A stretch of DNA of 64,000 bases from Thermoplasmata archaeon. GTDB lineage: Archaea; Thermoplasmatota; Thermoplasmata; Lutacidiplasmatales; UBA184. Shown one piece after another: positions 56,341-64,000 of the stretch (within the stretch, counting starts at the first letter, position 1; every line of letters starts with the position of its first letter). The stretch is from assembly GCA_049584655.1 (NCBI GenBank), contig JBAUYF010000038.1, positions 5,524-69,523 of the forward strand. Reading direction: 5' to 3'. The notes under the pieces are model-generated. The model did no database searches. It had not been told where the DNA came from and worked only from the letters and a program-made list of their open reading frames with translations. Position numbers and translations under genes: made by a program.

Positions 56341-57363
56341 CTAGCGCCAATCCACCCGGGGATCGATGATCCCGTAGAGTATGTCGGCGATCAGATTCGC
56401 GACGACGACCGAAATGGAAAATACGATGACCACGCCAATGGTGCCGGCGAAATTGTAGTTGATGATCGCGTTGTAGGCATATTGACCGATCCCCGGCCAC
56501 GAGAAGATCTCCTCGACGACCACGGTCCCTGATAGCAGTCCGCTCGCGGTGAAACCGAGCACGGTTGTCGTGGTGATCAGCGAGTTTCGGAGGGCGTGTT
56601 TGAACAGCACGACCTCCTGCGAGAGGCCTTTCATCTTCGCGCTCTTCACGTACTCGAGCGGGAGGACCTCGAGCATCGAGGCGCGCGTCATGCGCGTGAT
56701 GATTCCGAGGTTCAGGAAGGCCAAGGCCGTCGCGGGGAGGATCAGATGTGTGATCGCATCCAAGGTGTACGGCAGGTTTCCCGCAAGGAGCGCGTCGAGG
56801 ACCGACATATGGGTCGGTTGAGGGAACGGAGGCGGATTGGTGGTGAAATCGCCGCTCGTCGGCAGCCCTAAAAACGGACCCACGGCGATCGCGAGTACGA
56901 TCGCCGCCAAATAGGTGGGCGCGGCCCAACCACTGAGGTAGAAGATGCGCACGAGGTGGTCGGGCCAGCGCCCCGCATAGTGCGCGGCCACCACCCCGAG
57001 TGTGATACCGAAAACGATCATCAGGAACAATGAAGCGAGAACGAGCTCGACCGTTTCGGGAAGCGCCTGAGCGATCGCGGGGAGGACGGGCCCCGTCCCG
57101 TTCGGGTCGACCCCCCAGTTTCCGCCGACGAGCTGAACGAGATACTTGTAAAACTGGACGTCGATCGGTTGATTCAAGCCGAAATAATTTCGACACGCGG
57201 CGAGCGCGTCGGGTTTCGCCCGTGGGATCCAGCGAGTGCAGGGGTCCGAAACTCCGATGTGGATGAAGATGAACGTGATCAGAATGGCCCCGATCACGAC
57301 GGGAATGAGCTCCGCGAACCGGATCGCGATAAAGACGGCCAGGTCGCGGAGGCTCCGTCCCAT
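56341..57363 (-). CDS. Peptide/nickel-type ABC transporter permease (OppB/DppB-like)
   Basis: 340 aa. Begins MGRSLRDLAVFIAIRFAELIPVVIGAILITFIFIH..., the typical OppB N-terminus. Confidence 0.85.
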   Translation of the reverse strand: MGRSLRDLAVFIAIRFAELIPVVIGAILITFIFIHIGVSDPCTRWIPRAKPDALAACRNYFGLNQPIDVQFYKYLVQLVGGNWGVDPNGTGPVLPAIAQALPETVELVLASLFLMIVFGITLGVVAAHYAGRWPDHLVRIFYLSGWAAPTYLAAIVLAIAVGPFLGLPTSGDFTTNPPPFPQPTHMSVLDALLAGNLPYTLDAITHLILPATALAFLNLGIITRMTRASMLEVLPLEYVKSAKMKGLSQEVVLFKHALRNSLITTTTVLGFTASGLLSGTVVVEEIFSWPGIGQYAYNAIINYNFAGTIGVVIVFSISVVVANLIADILYGIIDPRVDWR

Positions 57364-57500
57364 GAGGACCTACTCGACCTCCGAAGGAGGGGGGTCGGGG
57401 TTGGAGGACCCTACGGACCAACGCACGAGGCCCTCGCACCGCCGCCGTGGTAATAAATGCCGCGGCGAGGTACGCTTTCGACAGCCAATCGACTAACGCA

Positions 57501-57956
57501 TCATGGCGCCGGCGGGGGAGGTGGTGGCGGCTCCGACAGATGTTTCGTGAGCGAACTCGCGAACGCTTCCGCATCGCCCTGTACCCGACGCTTGAGGTAG
57601 CCGTCGATCACGACACGCAGGGGGCCGGCGCCCATCATGTCCAGCTTTAGTGTGAGGGCGGTCGTCTCGGTACTTTGGGGCACTAAATCGATCTGTCCCT
57701 CGATGGTCGCATCCGCCCCTCGCGCCGCGAACCGAACCCGACTCTCCGTAGCTTCGAGTAGTTCCCCTTGAAATTCGGTCCGACGGGTGAGCGGCCCAAG
57801 CCTGATCTCGACGAGCCAGGTGGCTGTGGTCGCGGTCTTCGGTACGACCCCTACGACCTGCGGAATGTTCGAGGCCAGGAACCTGGGATCCTTCAGTAGA
57901 TCCACGATCCGGCTCGGCGCCGCCGGCAGGGTGAACGTGATTGTGGAGGTGGGCAT
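57501..57956 (-). CDS. SRPBCC family protein (CoxG / polyketide-cyclase-like ligand-binding fold)
   Basis: 151 aa with a CoxG-like pattern. Poly-Pro C-terminal tail. Confidence 0.55.
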   Translation of the reverse strand: MPTSTITFTLPAAPSRIVDLLKDPRFLASNIPQVVGVVPKTATTATWLVEIRLGPLTRRTEFQGELLEATESRVRFAARGADATIEGQIDLVPQSTETTALTLKLDMMGAGPLRVVIDGYLKRRVQGDAEAFASSLTKHLSEPPPPPPPAP

Positions 57957-57971
57957 CCGATTGGTTCCTCG

Positions 57972-59534
57972 CTAGTTAGGGAGCGTTCGCGAAGGTCCGC
58001 GCCGGTCTTCCAAGATCACGTGAGCGGCGTTGTGACCCGGGGCGCCGATCACTCCTCCTCCGGGATGTGTAGCCGAACCGCACATGTAGAGACCAGGGAC
58101 TGGTGTTCGATAATTGGCCCAACCCGGAATAGGGCGCATGGAAAAGATCTGGTCGGGCGTAATGTCACCCTGATCGATGTTTCCGCCGGGCATGCCAAGA
58201 ATCCGCTCGATATCCGACGGCGTGACGACCTGCCAATGGCGGACGAGGGCTCGGATCCCGGGCGCATACCCTTCGAGAGTCGCAAGCACCGTCTCGGCCA
58301 CGGACTCGCGGGCATCGTCCCAGGTAAGCCCCGCCAACTGCGTTGGAGCAAATTGGACGAAGCAGGTCATCGTGTGCTTGCCGGGTGGGGCGGTGCCCGG
58401 GTCAGCCAGGCTCTGGAAGTACAGGTCGATGTACGGGGCGCGCGAGAAACGACCGTACTTCGCGTCGTCGTACGCGCGCTCGATGTATTCCATTGAGGGA
58501 GCGATATCGATCGCGCCCATCAGATACCCCGAGTTAGGAGCCGCCTCGAATCGAGGTAGCTTATCGAGCGCCGCATTGAACTTGAGACACGCCCCGCGCG
58601 CTTTCACGCGTCGGACTCGAGCCTCCAGGGTTTTATCGAGCGTATCCGGCGGGAGAAGTTTGAGCAGGGTCGTTTGAGTGTCCACGGAGGACACGACGAG
58701 ATCGGCCCGATGTACCGCGCCCTGCTCCGTCTCGACTCCGGTGGCTCGGCCGTTCGCGAGCAGTATTCGGCGCACGGCGGCGCCAGTCACGATCTCCGCC
58801 CCATGCTGTTGCGCCGAAGTGGCGATCGCCTGGGTGATGGCACCCATCCCGCCCGTCATTTGCCCCCAAACGCGTCGGTGACCTTCGATCGTGCCGATAT
58901 TGTGATGGCCGAGGATGTAGGCCGTTCCTGGCGTATACGGTCCGGCAAAAGTTCCGATAACGGCGGACGAGGAGAGAGCGCCCTTGAGTTCCGGAGACTC
59001 GAACCAGTCATCCAGGAAATCCCGCGCGCTTTTCAGGAAAAGATCCCGCAACATCGGTTCGGCTTCCCCGGGTGGGAGTGTTTGGAAGAAATCGGCGATC
59101 GGCATGGGCGGCGCCATCATGGCCGGTTCGATCACATCGAGAACGTGATCCCAGTACTCGACGTACTTGGGATAGACGCGGGCGTCCTTTTCCGAGAATT
59201 TCGCGATCTCCTTCTGCTCCTTCTCGTCATCGATCCAAAAGGCAAGGTACCGGCCGTCGGGCTGCGGGGCAAATCCCTGGGGATCGGACAGAATCGGTTG
59301 ATATCCATACCGCGTGAGCGCGAGATCCTGAATGATCTGAGGTCGGAGTAACCCACTGGCATACGCGAACGTGTTGATCCGGTATCCGGGCCACGGTTCT
59401 TCTGTGACGCACGCCCCTCCCACGATATCCCGGCGCTCGAGCACGAGCACGTGGAGTCCGGCTTTGGCTAGGTAGGCCGCGTTGATCAAACCGTTATGGC
59501 CGGCTCCGATCACGATGGCGTCGTAGTCGGCCAT
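57972..59534 (-). CDS. FAD/NAD(P)-dependent oxidoreductase of the phytoene-desaturase-related (CrtI-like, COG1233) family
   Basis: MADYDAIVIGAGHNGLINAAYLAKAGLHVLVLERRDIVGGACVTEE. 520 aa. Confidence 0.8.
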   Translation of the reverse strand: MADYDAIVIGAGHNGLINAAYLAKAGLHVLVLERRDIVGGACVTEEPWPGYRINTFAYASGLLRPQIIQDLALTRYGYQPILSDPQGFAPQPDGRYLAFWIDDEKEQKEIAKFSEKDARVYPKYVEYWDHVLDVIEPAMMAPPMPIADFFQTLPPGEAEPMLRDLFLKSARDFLDDWFESPELKGALSSSAVIGTFAGPYTPGTAYILGHHNIGTIEGHRRVWGQMTGGMGAITQAIATSAQQHGAEIVTGAAVRRILLANGRATGVETEQGAVHRADLVVSSVDTQTTLLKLLPPDTLDKTLEARVRRVKARGACLKFNAALDKLPRFEAAPNSGYLMGAIDIAPSMEYIERAYDDAKYGRFSRAPYIDLYFQSLADPGTAPPGKHTMTCFVQFAPTQLAGLTWDDARESVAETVLATLEGYAPGIRALVRHWQVVTPSDIERILGMPGGNIDQGDITPDQIFSMRPIPGWANYRTPVPGLYMCGSATHPGGGVIGAPGHNAAHVILEDRRGPSRTLPN

Positions 59535-59686
59535 TCAGGTCGGGGAGACGAGGCCGGTAATAAAGGCGAGAGGTGTGACGGATCTCCGATACGCGCGAGT
59601 GATTTCAATGGGATGTCGCGGCTAGCGACCCGAACCGTTATCCCCGTCCTCCGGTTCCTAAAAATTGTCGCATCCGCGAGGGGTCC

Positions 59687-60856
59687 GTGGCGAAGAGTTC
59701 AGTCGGCTCCGGCGCCCAGAGTTTGCTACGTGCTGGCTCGCCCGAGTTCCACGCAGTAGATCGCCCCCTCGAACGCGCCTCGACCCTCCCCGGTCGGATG
59801 TTCAGCGATCCCGAGGTCTACGCCGCGGAAGTCGAGCGCTTATTCCGTCACGTCTGGCAGTGCGTGGGTCGCGCGGACGAAATTCAACGGCCCGGTGACT
59901 TCCGGACCTACGAGATCGCAGGTTCAGGCGTCATTGTCCTTCGCAATGCCGACGGGGACTTGAAAGCCTACCACAACGTCTGTCGCCATCGGGGAACTTG
60001 TCTCGTGGAGGAGCCGGCCGGGTCCGGACTGAAACGGATCTTGTGTCCCTATCATGCCTGGACCTACGACCTCAACGGCCGACTGCTCGGCGCTCCGCAT
60101 ATGTCGGAAGTGGAGGAGTTCGACCGTCGCGACTACGGGCTCATCCCGGTTTCACTCGACATCTGGCGAGGATTCCTGTTCTTGAACCTGAGCCCGAATC
60201 CAGAACCGCTCAAGCGGAGCTTGGGGGACCTCCCGCAACGGGCCCAGCCGTATCCACTCGAACGGCTCCGCCTCGCCCATCGGGTGACCTATGACGTCCA
60301 TGCCAACTGGAAGCTCATCGTCCAGAACGCCAACGAGTGCTATCATTGCCCCGGCGTGCATCCCCAATTGGTCTGCCTGACACCCTATCGCTCGGGCGAA
60401 GAGGACCTCCGCCAGGGTCCTATCTTCGGAGGCTGGATGGACTTCGTGAAGGGAGTGACCAGCCTCACCGCGAACGGACGGACAACGCGAGCCACGTTCT
60501 CGAATCTCTCCGCCGAGGATCTGGCGCGTGTGTACTACTACGTGCTATGGCCCGCGAATTTCCTCAGCTTCCTCCCGGATTACGTCACCCTCGATTGGTT
60601 CATTCCCAAGGGCCCCGAGCTCACGCAGTTAGTGTTCGACCTCTATGTCGACCGCGACGAATCGGACCCCGCCAACGATGCGATGGCGTTCTGGGATACG
60701 ACGAACCGCCAGGATTGGCATATTTGCGAACTCGCGCACCGAGGATCGAAGACGCTCGGCTACACGCAGGGCCGGTACAGCGGCGAGGAAGAAGTCGTTC
60801 ACCTGGTCGATCGATACTATTTGCGCCGGATGGGGCTGCTGAAACGAGGCCGCTGA
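59687..60856 (+). CDS. Rieske [2Fe-2S] non-heme iron oxygenase, alpha-subunit type (GbcA/Stc2/CntA-like)
   Basis: Rieske CRHRG...CPYHAW and mononuclear Fe site NANECYHCPGVHP. GTG start. Confidence 0.85.
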   Translation: MAKSSVGSGAQSLLRAGSPEFHAVDRPLERASTLPGRMFSDPEVYAAEVERLFRHVWQCVGRADEIQRPGDFRTYEIAGSGVIVLRNADGDLKAYHNVCRHRGTCLVEEPAGSGLKRILCPYHAWTYDLNGRLLGAPHMSEVEEFDRRDYGLIPVSLDIWRGFLFLNLSPNPEPLKRSLGDLPQRAQPYPLERLRLAHRVTYDVHANWKLIVQNANECYHCPGVHPQLVCLTPYRSGEEDLRQGPIFGGWMDFVKGVTSLTANGRTTRATFSNLSAEDLARVYYYVLWPANFLSFLPDYVTLDWFIPKGPELTQLVFDLYVDRDESDPANDAMAFWDTTNRQDWHICELAHRGSKTLGYTQGRYSGEEEVVHLVDRYYLRRMGLLKRGR

Positions 60857-60888
60857 AACCGCGGTCTCGCGTACATGGAACCTGCCCC

Positions 60889-62055
60889 CTACTTGCGGGC
60901 CTTGAGCTGCTCGTCCACGAACATGTCAAAGTCGCACACGAGCGTCTCCTGCTCGCTGTAGCGGCCGCCGTGCCAGACGCGGGAACGTGTCCCTTGCTGG
61001 CCGAGCTCGCAGACGCGCCAGTCCTGGCGGTTGATCTCGTCCCAAAGTCCGGCGGCGTCGTTCGGGTCGAATCCGGGACTTTCGACCGCTTCTCGCGTGA
61101 AGTAGAACTCGTTCTCCACGCGTGAATGGGAGGGGGACTGGGGAAGGATCCGGTGGATCATCACGTAGTCTGGCTGGATGCTGAAGAACGTGTTGGGGAA
61201 GAGCGTGTAGTAGTAGACCCGCTTCTTGTCCTCGGCCGTCATACCCGGGATGAGGGGACGGGTCGTGTAGCCGGACCGCGTCATGGACTGGTAGTCCTTC
61301 GCGAACGTCATGAATCCGCCCGAAAAGCTTCCCATTCGGCCGGCTTCGTGGAAGAAGGCGTCGTTATCCCCGGTCATGTAAGGGGTCAAACGATTGAGCT
61401 CCGGGTGGATTGGCGCGCAATGGTAGCATTCTGAGAAATTCTCGACCAGTAGCTTCCAGTTCGCCTCGATCTCGTAGGCGTGTCGGGCTCCGAGCTTCAG
61501 GTCGGCGATCGGGAACCGTTGGAATCGGTCAAAAAATCGGCCCAGTTGGTCCCGCAAGGTCGGGCCGGTTGATTCGAGGTTGGCGAAGAGAAACCCTCCC
61601 CACCGGTCGATCCGAACCGAGTACAAGCCGAAATCCTTCCGGTCGAACCCCACGAGCTCTCGGGTATGGGTGGCGGCCGTCAGCTTCCCATCGAGCGAGT
61701 AGGTCCATGCGTGATAGGGACAGACGATCGATTTCGCGACGGTCCCCTCGGGTTCGGATAGCAAGCGCGTGCCGCGGTGCCGACAGACGTTGTAGAAGCC
61801 GTGAACCTCCCCGGCTCGGTCCCGGATAAACAGGACGTTCTCGGGACCTAGTTGGCGTGTAAAGAAATCGCCCGGGTTCGGGATCTGATCTTCTCGGCCC
61901 ATCAAAAGCCAGCTGGGATAGAAGAAACGATCCAGTTCGGCCTGAAAGATCGCAGGATCCCAGTAGTTGCGACCGTCCGGCGTATGTTGACTCAGGTGGG
62001 CCGTGGGCTCGCTATGCTCCACGTCCGAAATTGCGGATTTTACCTGAGAACTCAT
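60889..62055 (-). CDS. Rieske [2Fe-2S] non-heme iron oxygenase, paralog of 59687-60856
   Basis: CRHRGTRLL...CPYHAWTY and NFSECYHCAPIHPEL. Clear paralogy with its convergent neighbour. Confidence 0.85.
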   Translation of the reverse strand: MSSQVKSAISDVEHSEPTAHLSQHTPDGRNYWDPAIFQAELDRFFYPSWLLMGREDQIPNPGDFFTRQLGPENVLFIRDRAGEVHGFYNVCRHRGTRLLSEPEGTVAKSIVCPYHAWTYSLDGKLTAATHTRELVGFDRKDFGLYSVRIDRWGGFLFANLESTGPTLRDQLGRFFDRFQRFPIADLKLGARHAYEIEANWKLLVENFSECYHCAPIHPELNRLTPYMTGDNDAFFHEAGRMGSFSGGFMTFAKDYQSMTRSGYTTRPLIPGMTAEDKKRVYYYTLFPNTFFSIQPDYVMIHRILPQSPSHSRVENEFYFTREAVESPGFDPNDAAGLWDEINRQDWRVCELGQQGTRSRVWHGGRYSEQETLVCDFDMFVDEQLKARK

Positions 62056-62227
62056 CGATCATTCTGGGACCTCCCCCGGGATAAAACCTTGCCGTTTTCC
62101 TCGGTACTTGTCCCAAGAATCCGGATCGGAAGTTATAGAGCGATCGCTGAAAGAACCGCCCCCTTTCCGTCACCCCGGAGAGCCGGAATCGTACGGATTA
62201 GTGTCGGCATGCCAGAGTATATCAGGG

Positions 62228-64000
62228 TTGGAGCTTTCCAGAATTTCGGTTCCCGGGGTCGCTTTGAATCCGAAGTGGGTGCGCGTCATCGCCATCGTGG
62301 TCGTCATTGGATTGGTCCTGGCGGGGATTGGAATCTACTATAGCGTCACCCACGCGAACACCGGATGTGGATTGCAGTCCTCGAATCCGCTCATCATCGA
62401 CCAAGCGGAGGAGACGGATTCGGCCGACCCGCAGGTGGCCTCCTCGACCCCCGACTGGGGGCTCGTCCAACAGATCTACCAGACCCTCATCATGTACAAT
62501 CAGTCCAGTTTGACCCAATTCACCCCCGTCCTCGCCCAGAACTGGACTGCGTCGGGTTCGAGTCAGCCGGACCCCCAATCGGTTGCTGCGTACAATTGGA
62601 ACTTCACCCTCCGCCCGGGCGTCCACTTCTCGAACGGGGACCCATTCAATGCCTACGTGATGTGGTATAGTCTGTACCGTCTGATCGCGCTCCAAGGCAT
62701 CGACCAGTACTTGCTCGCCCAGAACTTCTGGTTCCCCTTCACGAACTACTACGCCGATTGGAACTCGTCGGCCGCGAATCTCACGAACTGGCTCAATACG
62801 TGGAACTTCGACAATCCCACCTCAAGCGAGATCGCCATCATGGAGGAGGGAAATCAGTCCTTCCAAGTGCTCGGCCCGTACGAGATCGAGTTCAATCTAG
62901 GGTACGGCTACAACGGGCTCATTCCCTACGCGTACTTCTTAGCCGAAATGTCCACCCCCGGCGCGGCTGCCGTCGACCCGACGTTTATCCAAGCCAACGG
63001 CGGGATCCAGCCCGGGAACCCGAGTACGCCGCTTGCCACGACCGCGGTGGGTACCGGTCCCTACCTCATGACCGCCTACAGTTCGACGGCGGGCTACACG
63101 CTCAAGCCCGATCCGAACTATTGGGCAAAGGGTATTGCGGCCAACGAGACGTGGAATAACAACTTGCAACCCGCGAAGGTCTCCGTCCAGGTGAATTTCC
63201 AGGAGAGTCAGGAAATCACGATCAACGATCTGAAGACCAAAGCGGTCGCCGCCGCCTCATTCGCGTATTTCGGCCCCTCGGCGATCAATCAGGTGAAGGG
63301 AATCTCCTGTATCACCGTCCAAGAACTCAATATTGTCTTCAGCGGGGCGGGAGGCTCTTGGTGGGTCTTCATGGACCAGCAGCAATACCCGTTCAACAAC
63401 CTGAGCGTGCGGGCGGCCATCGTCCATGCCATTAACTATTCACAGGTCGCCACCCAGGCGTTCGGCGGCTATTCCTCGGAATGGGTCGGGCCCGTGGCCC
63501 CGGGTCACCCCTACTACAATCCGGCGAACCTGACCCCGTACCAATACAACCTGGCGTTAGCGAAGCAAGAGATCGCGGACTCCCCGTGCGCGGCCAATGC
63601 CTGCGCCGGCATGACGTTCAATTACGAGTATCTGACCAGCGGTTCCAACGATTGGGAAGACGCCGCGCTCATTATACAAACCGACCTGGCCCAGATCGGG
63701 ATCACGATCAACCCCGTAGGGGTCGACCTCCCGACGTTCTACGCGCTCCAAGTCGTCAACAACGGCGTTTGTACTTCGGACACAAGCCAAGACGGGGGAC
63801 CGTTCTACATTGGGCAGGATTTCTATTCCTCGGACTACATCTCCCCGGACGATTGGACGCAGAACGACTTTGCCAGCACGGGAAGCGCGAACATCTGCCA
63901 ATCGGAGTTCAACACAAATGCTACCCACGACGGCCCATTGAACGTGAGCCTGGACAACCTGGTGTACAATGCGGCGGGCGATACCAATGCGACCAACCTG
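62228..64000 (+). CDS. ABC transporter substrate-binding protein, family 5 (OppA/DppA/NikA-like), membrane-anchored, 3'-partial
   Basis: The frame is open from 62048 to the window end. The N-terminal anchor KWVRVIAIVVVIGLVLAGIGIYY is followed by a family-5 SBP-like sequence with many N-x-S/T sequons. The start is uncertain (TTG 62228 or GTG 62279). Not in the ORF track because there is no stop in the window. Confidence 0.7.
   Translation, partial: MELSRISVPGVALNPKWVRVIAIVVVIGLVLAGIGIYYSVTHANTGCGLQSSNPLIIDQAEETDSADPQVASSTPDWGLVQQIYQTLIMYNQSSLTQFTPVLAQNWTASGSSQPDPQSVAAYNWNFTLRPGVHFSNGDPFNAYVMWYSLYRLIALQGIDQYLLAQNFWFPFTNYYADWNSSAANLTNWLNTWNFDNPTSSEIAIMEEGNQSFQVLGPYEIEFNLGYGYNGLIPYAYFLAEMSTPGAAAVDPTFIQANGGIQPGNPSTPLATTAVGTGPYLMTAYSSTAGYTLKPDPNYWAKGIAANETWNNNLQPAKVSVQVNFQESQEITINDLKTKAVAAASFAYFGPSAINQVKGISCITVQELNIVFSGAGGSWWVFMDQQQYPFNNLSVRAAIVHAINYSQVATQAFGGYSSEWVGPVAPGHPYYNPANLTPYQYNLALAKQEIADSPCAANACAGMTFNYEYLTSGSNDWEDAALIIQTDLAQIGITINPVGVDLPTFYALQVVNNGVCTSDTSQDGGPFYIGQDFYSSDYISPDDWTQNDFASTGSANICQSEFNTNATHDGPLNVSLDNLVYNAAGDTNATNL

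Noticed and set aside
1-64000. CRISPR arrays, rRNA genes, IS/transposase genes
   Set aside because: No regularly spaced direct repeats, no rRNA-like conserved stretches and no transposase-like ORFs were seen on either strand.

Overview
GC-rich (visibly >60% GC) archaeal chromosomal segment. The archaeal call rests on a TATA-binding protein gene, a LysW carrier-protein amino-acid biosynthesis cluster, and AT-rich TATA-like boxes about 25-30 nt upstream of start codons. No rRNA, tRNA or CRISPR array was found.

Layout:
- 1-4 kb: a 5'-truncated tyrosine recombinase, followed by small-molecule-handling genes (cupin, SnoaL-like, AHSA1/SRPBCC, quinone oxidoreductase).
- 4-27 kb: mixed housekeeping and accessory genes. 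These include an S9 peptidase, ornithine cyclodeaminase, an AlkZ/YcaQ-like glycosylase, TBP, an alkyltransferase-like (ATL) protein, a TetR-MFS pair, a metallophosphoesterase, PanE, a group II PLP decarboxylase, GNATs and a zinc-ribbon LURP-one-related (Tubby-like) protein. There is also a class III nucleotidyl cyclase with a degenerate KaiC-like N-domain whose frame is interrupted by an in-frame TAG.
- 28-35.7 kb: a complete lysK-lysJ-lysZ-lysY-lysX-lysW-argH-argG cluster on the minus strand. It includes a 53-aa LysW ORF that falls below the ORF-track size cutoff.
- 35.7-45 kb: an ACT-domain regulator, a PadR-ABC-2 efflux operon, a frameshifted GNAT, a PiT phosphate permease with a divergent AbrB-PhoU regulator, methylenetetrahydrofolate reductase and an amidohydrolase.
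- 45.8-59.5 kb: a roughly 14-kb minus-strand operon with start/stop overlaps. It runs CrtI-like FAD oxidoreductase, CoxG-like, OppB, OppC, flavin amine oxidase, cupin, HemL-like aminotransferase (with a K/E-rich tandem-repeat N-extension), OppD, OppF, then two aldehyde dehydrogenases, and a GabT-like aminotransferase lies convergent to it. This gene set looks like an amine or polyamine uptake and oxidation pathway to succinate.
- 59.7-64 kb: two paralogous Rieske oxygenases and a glycosylation-sequon-rich family-5 substrate-binding protein that runs off the window.

The findings also cover gene remnants, small zinc-finger ORFs and an AT-rich island.
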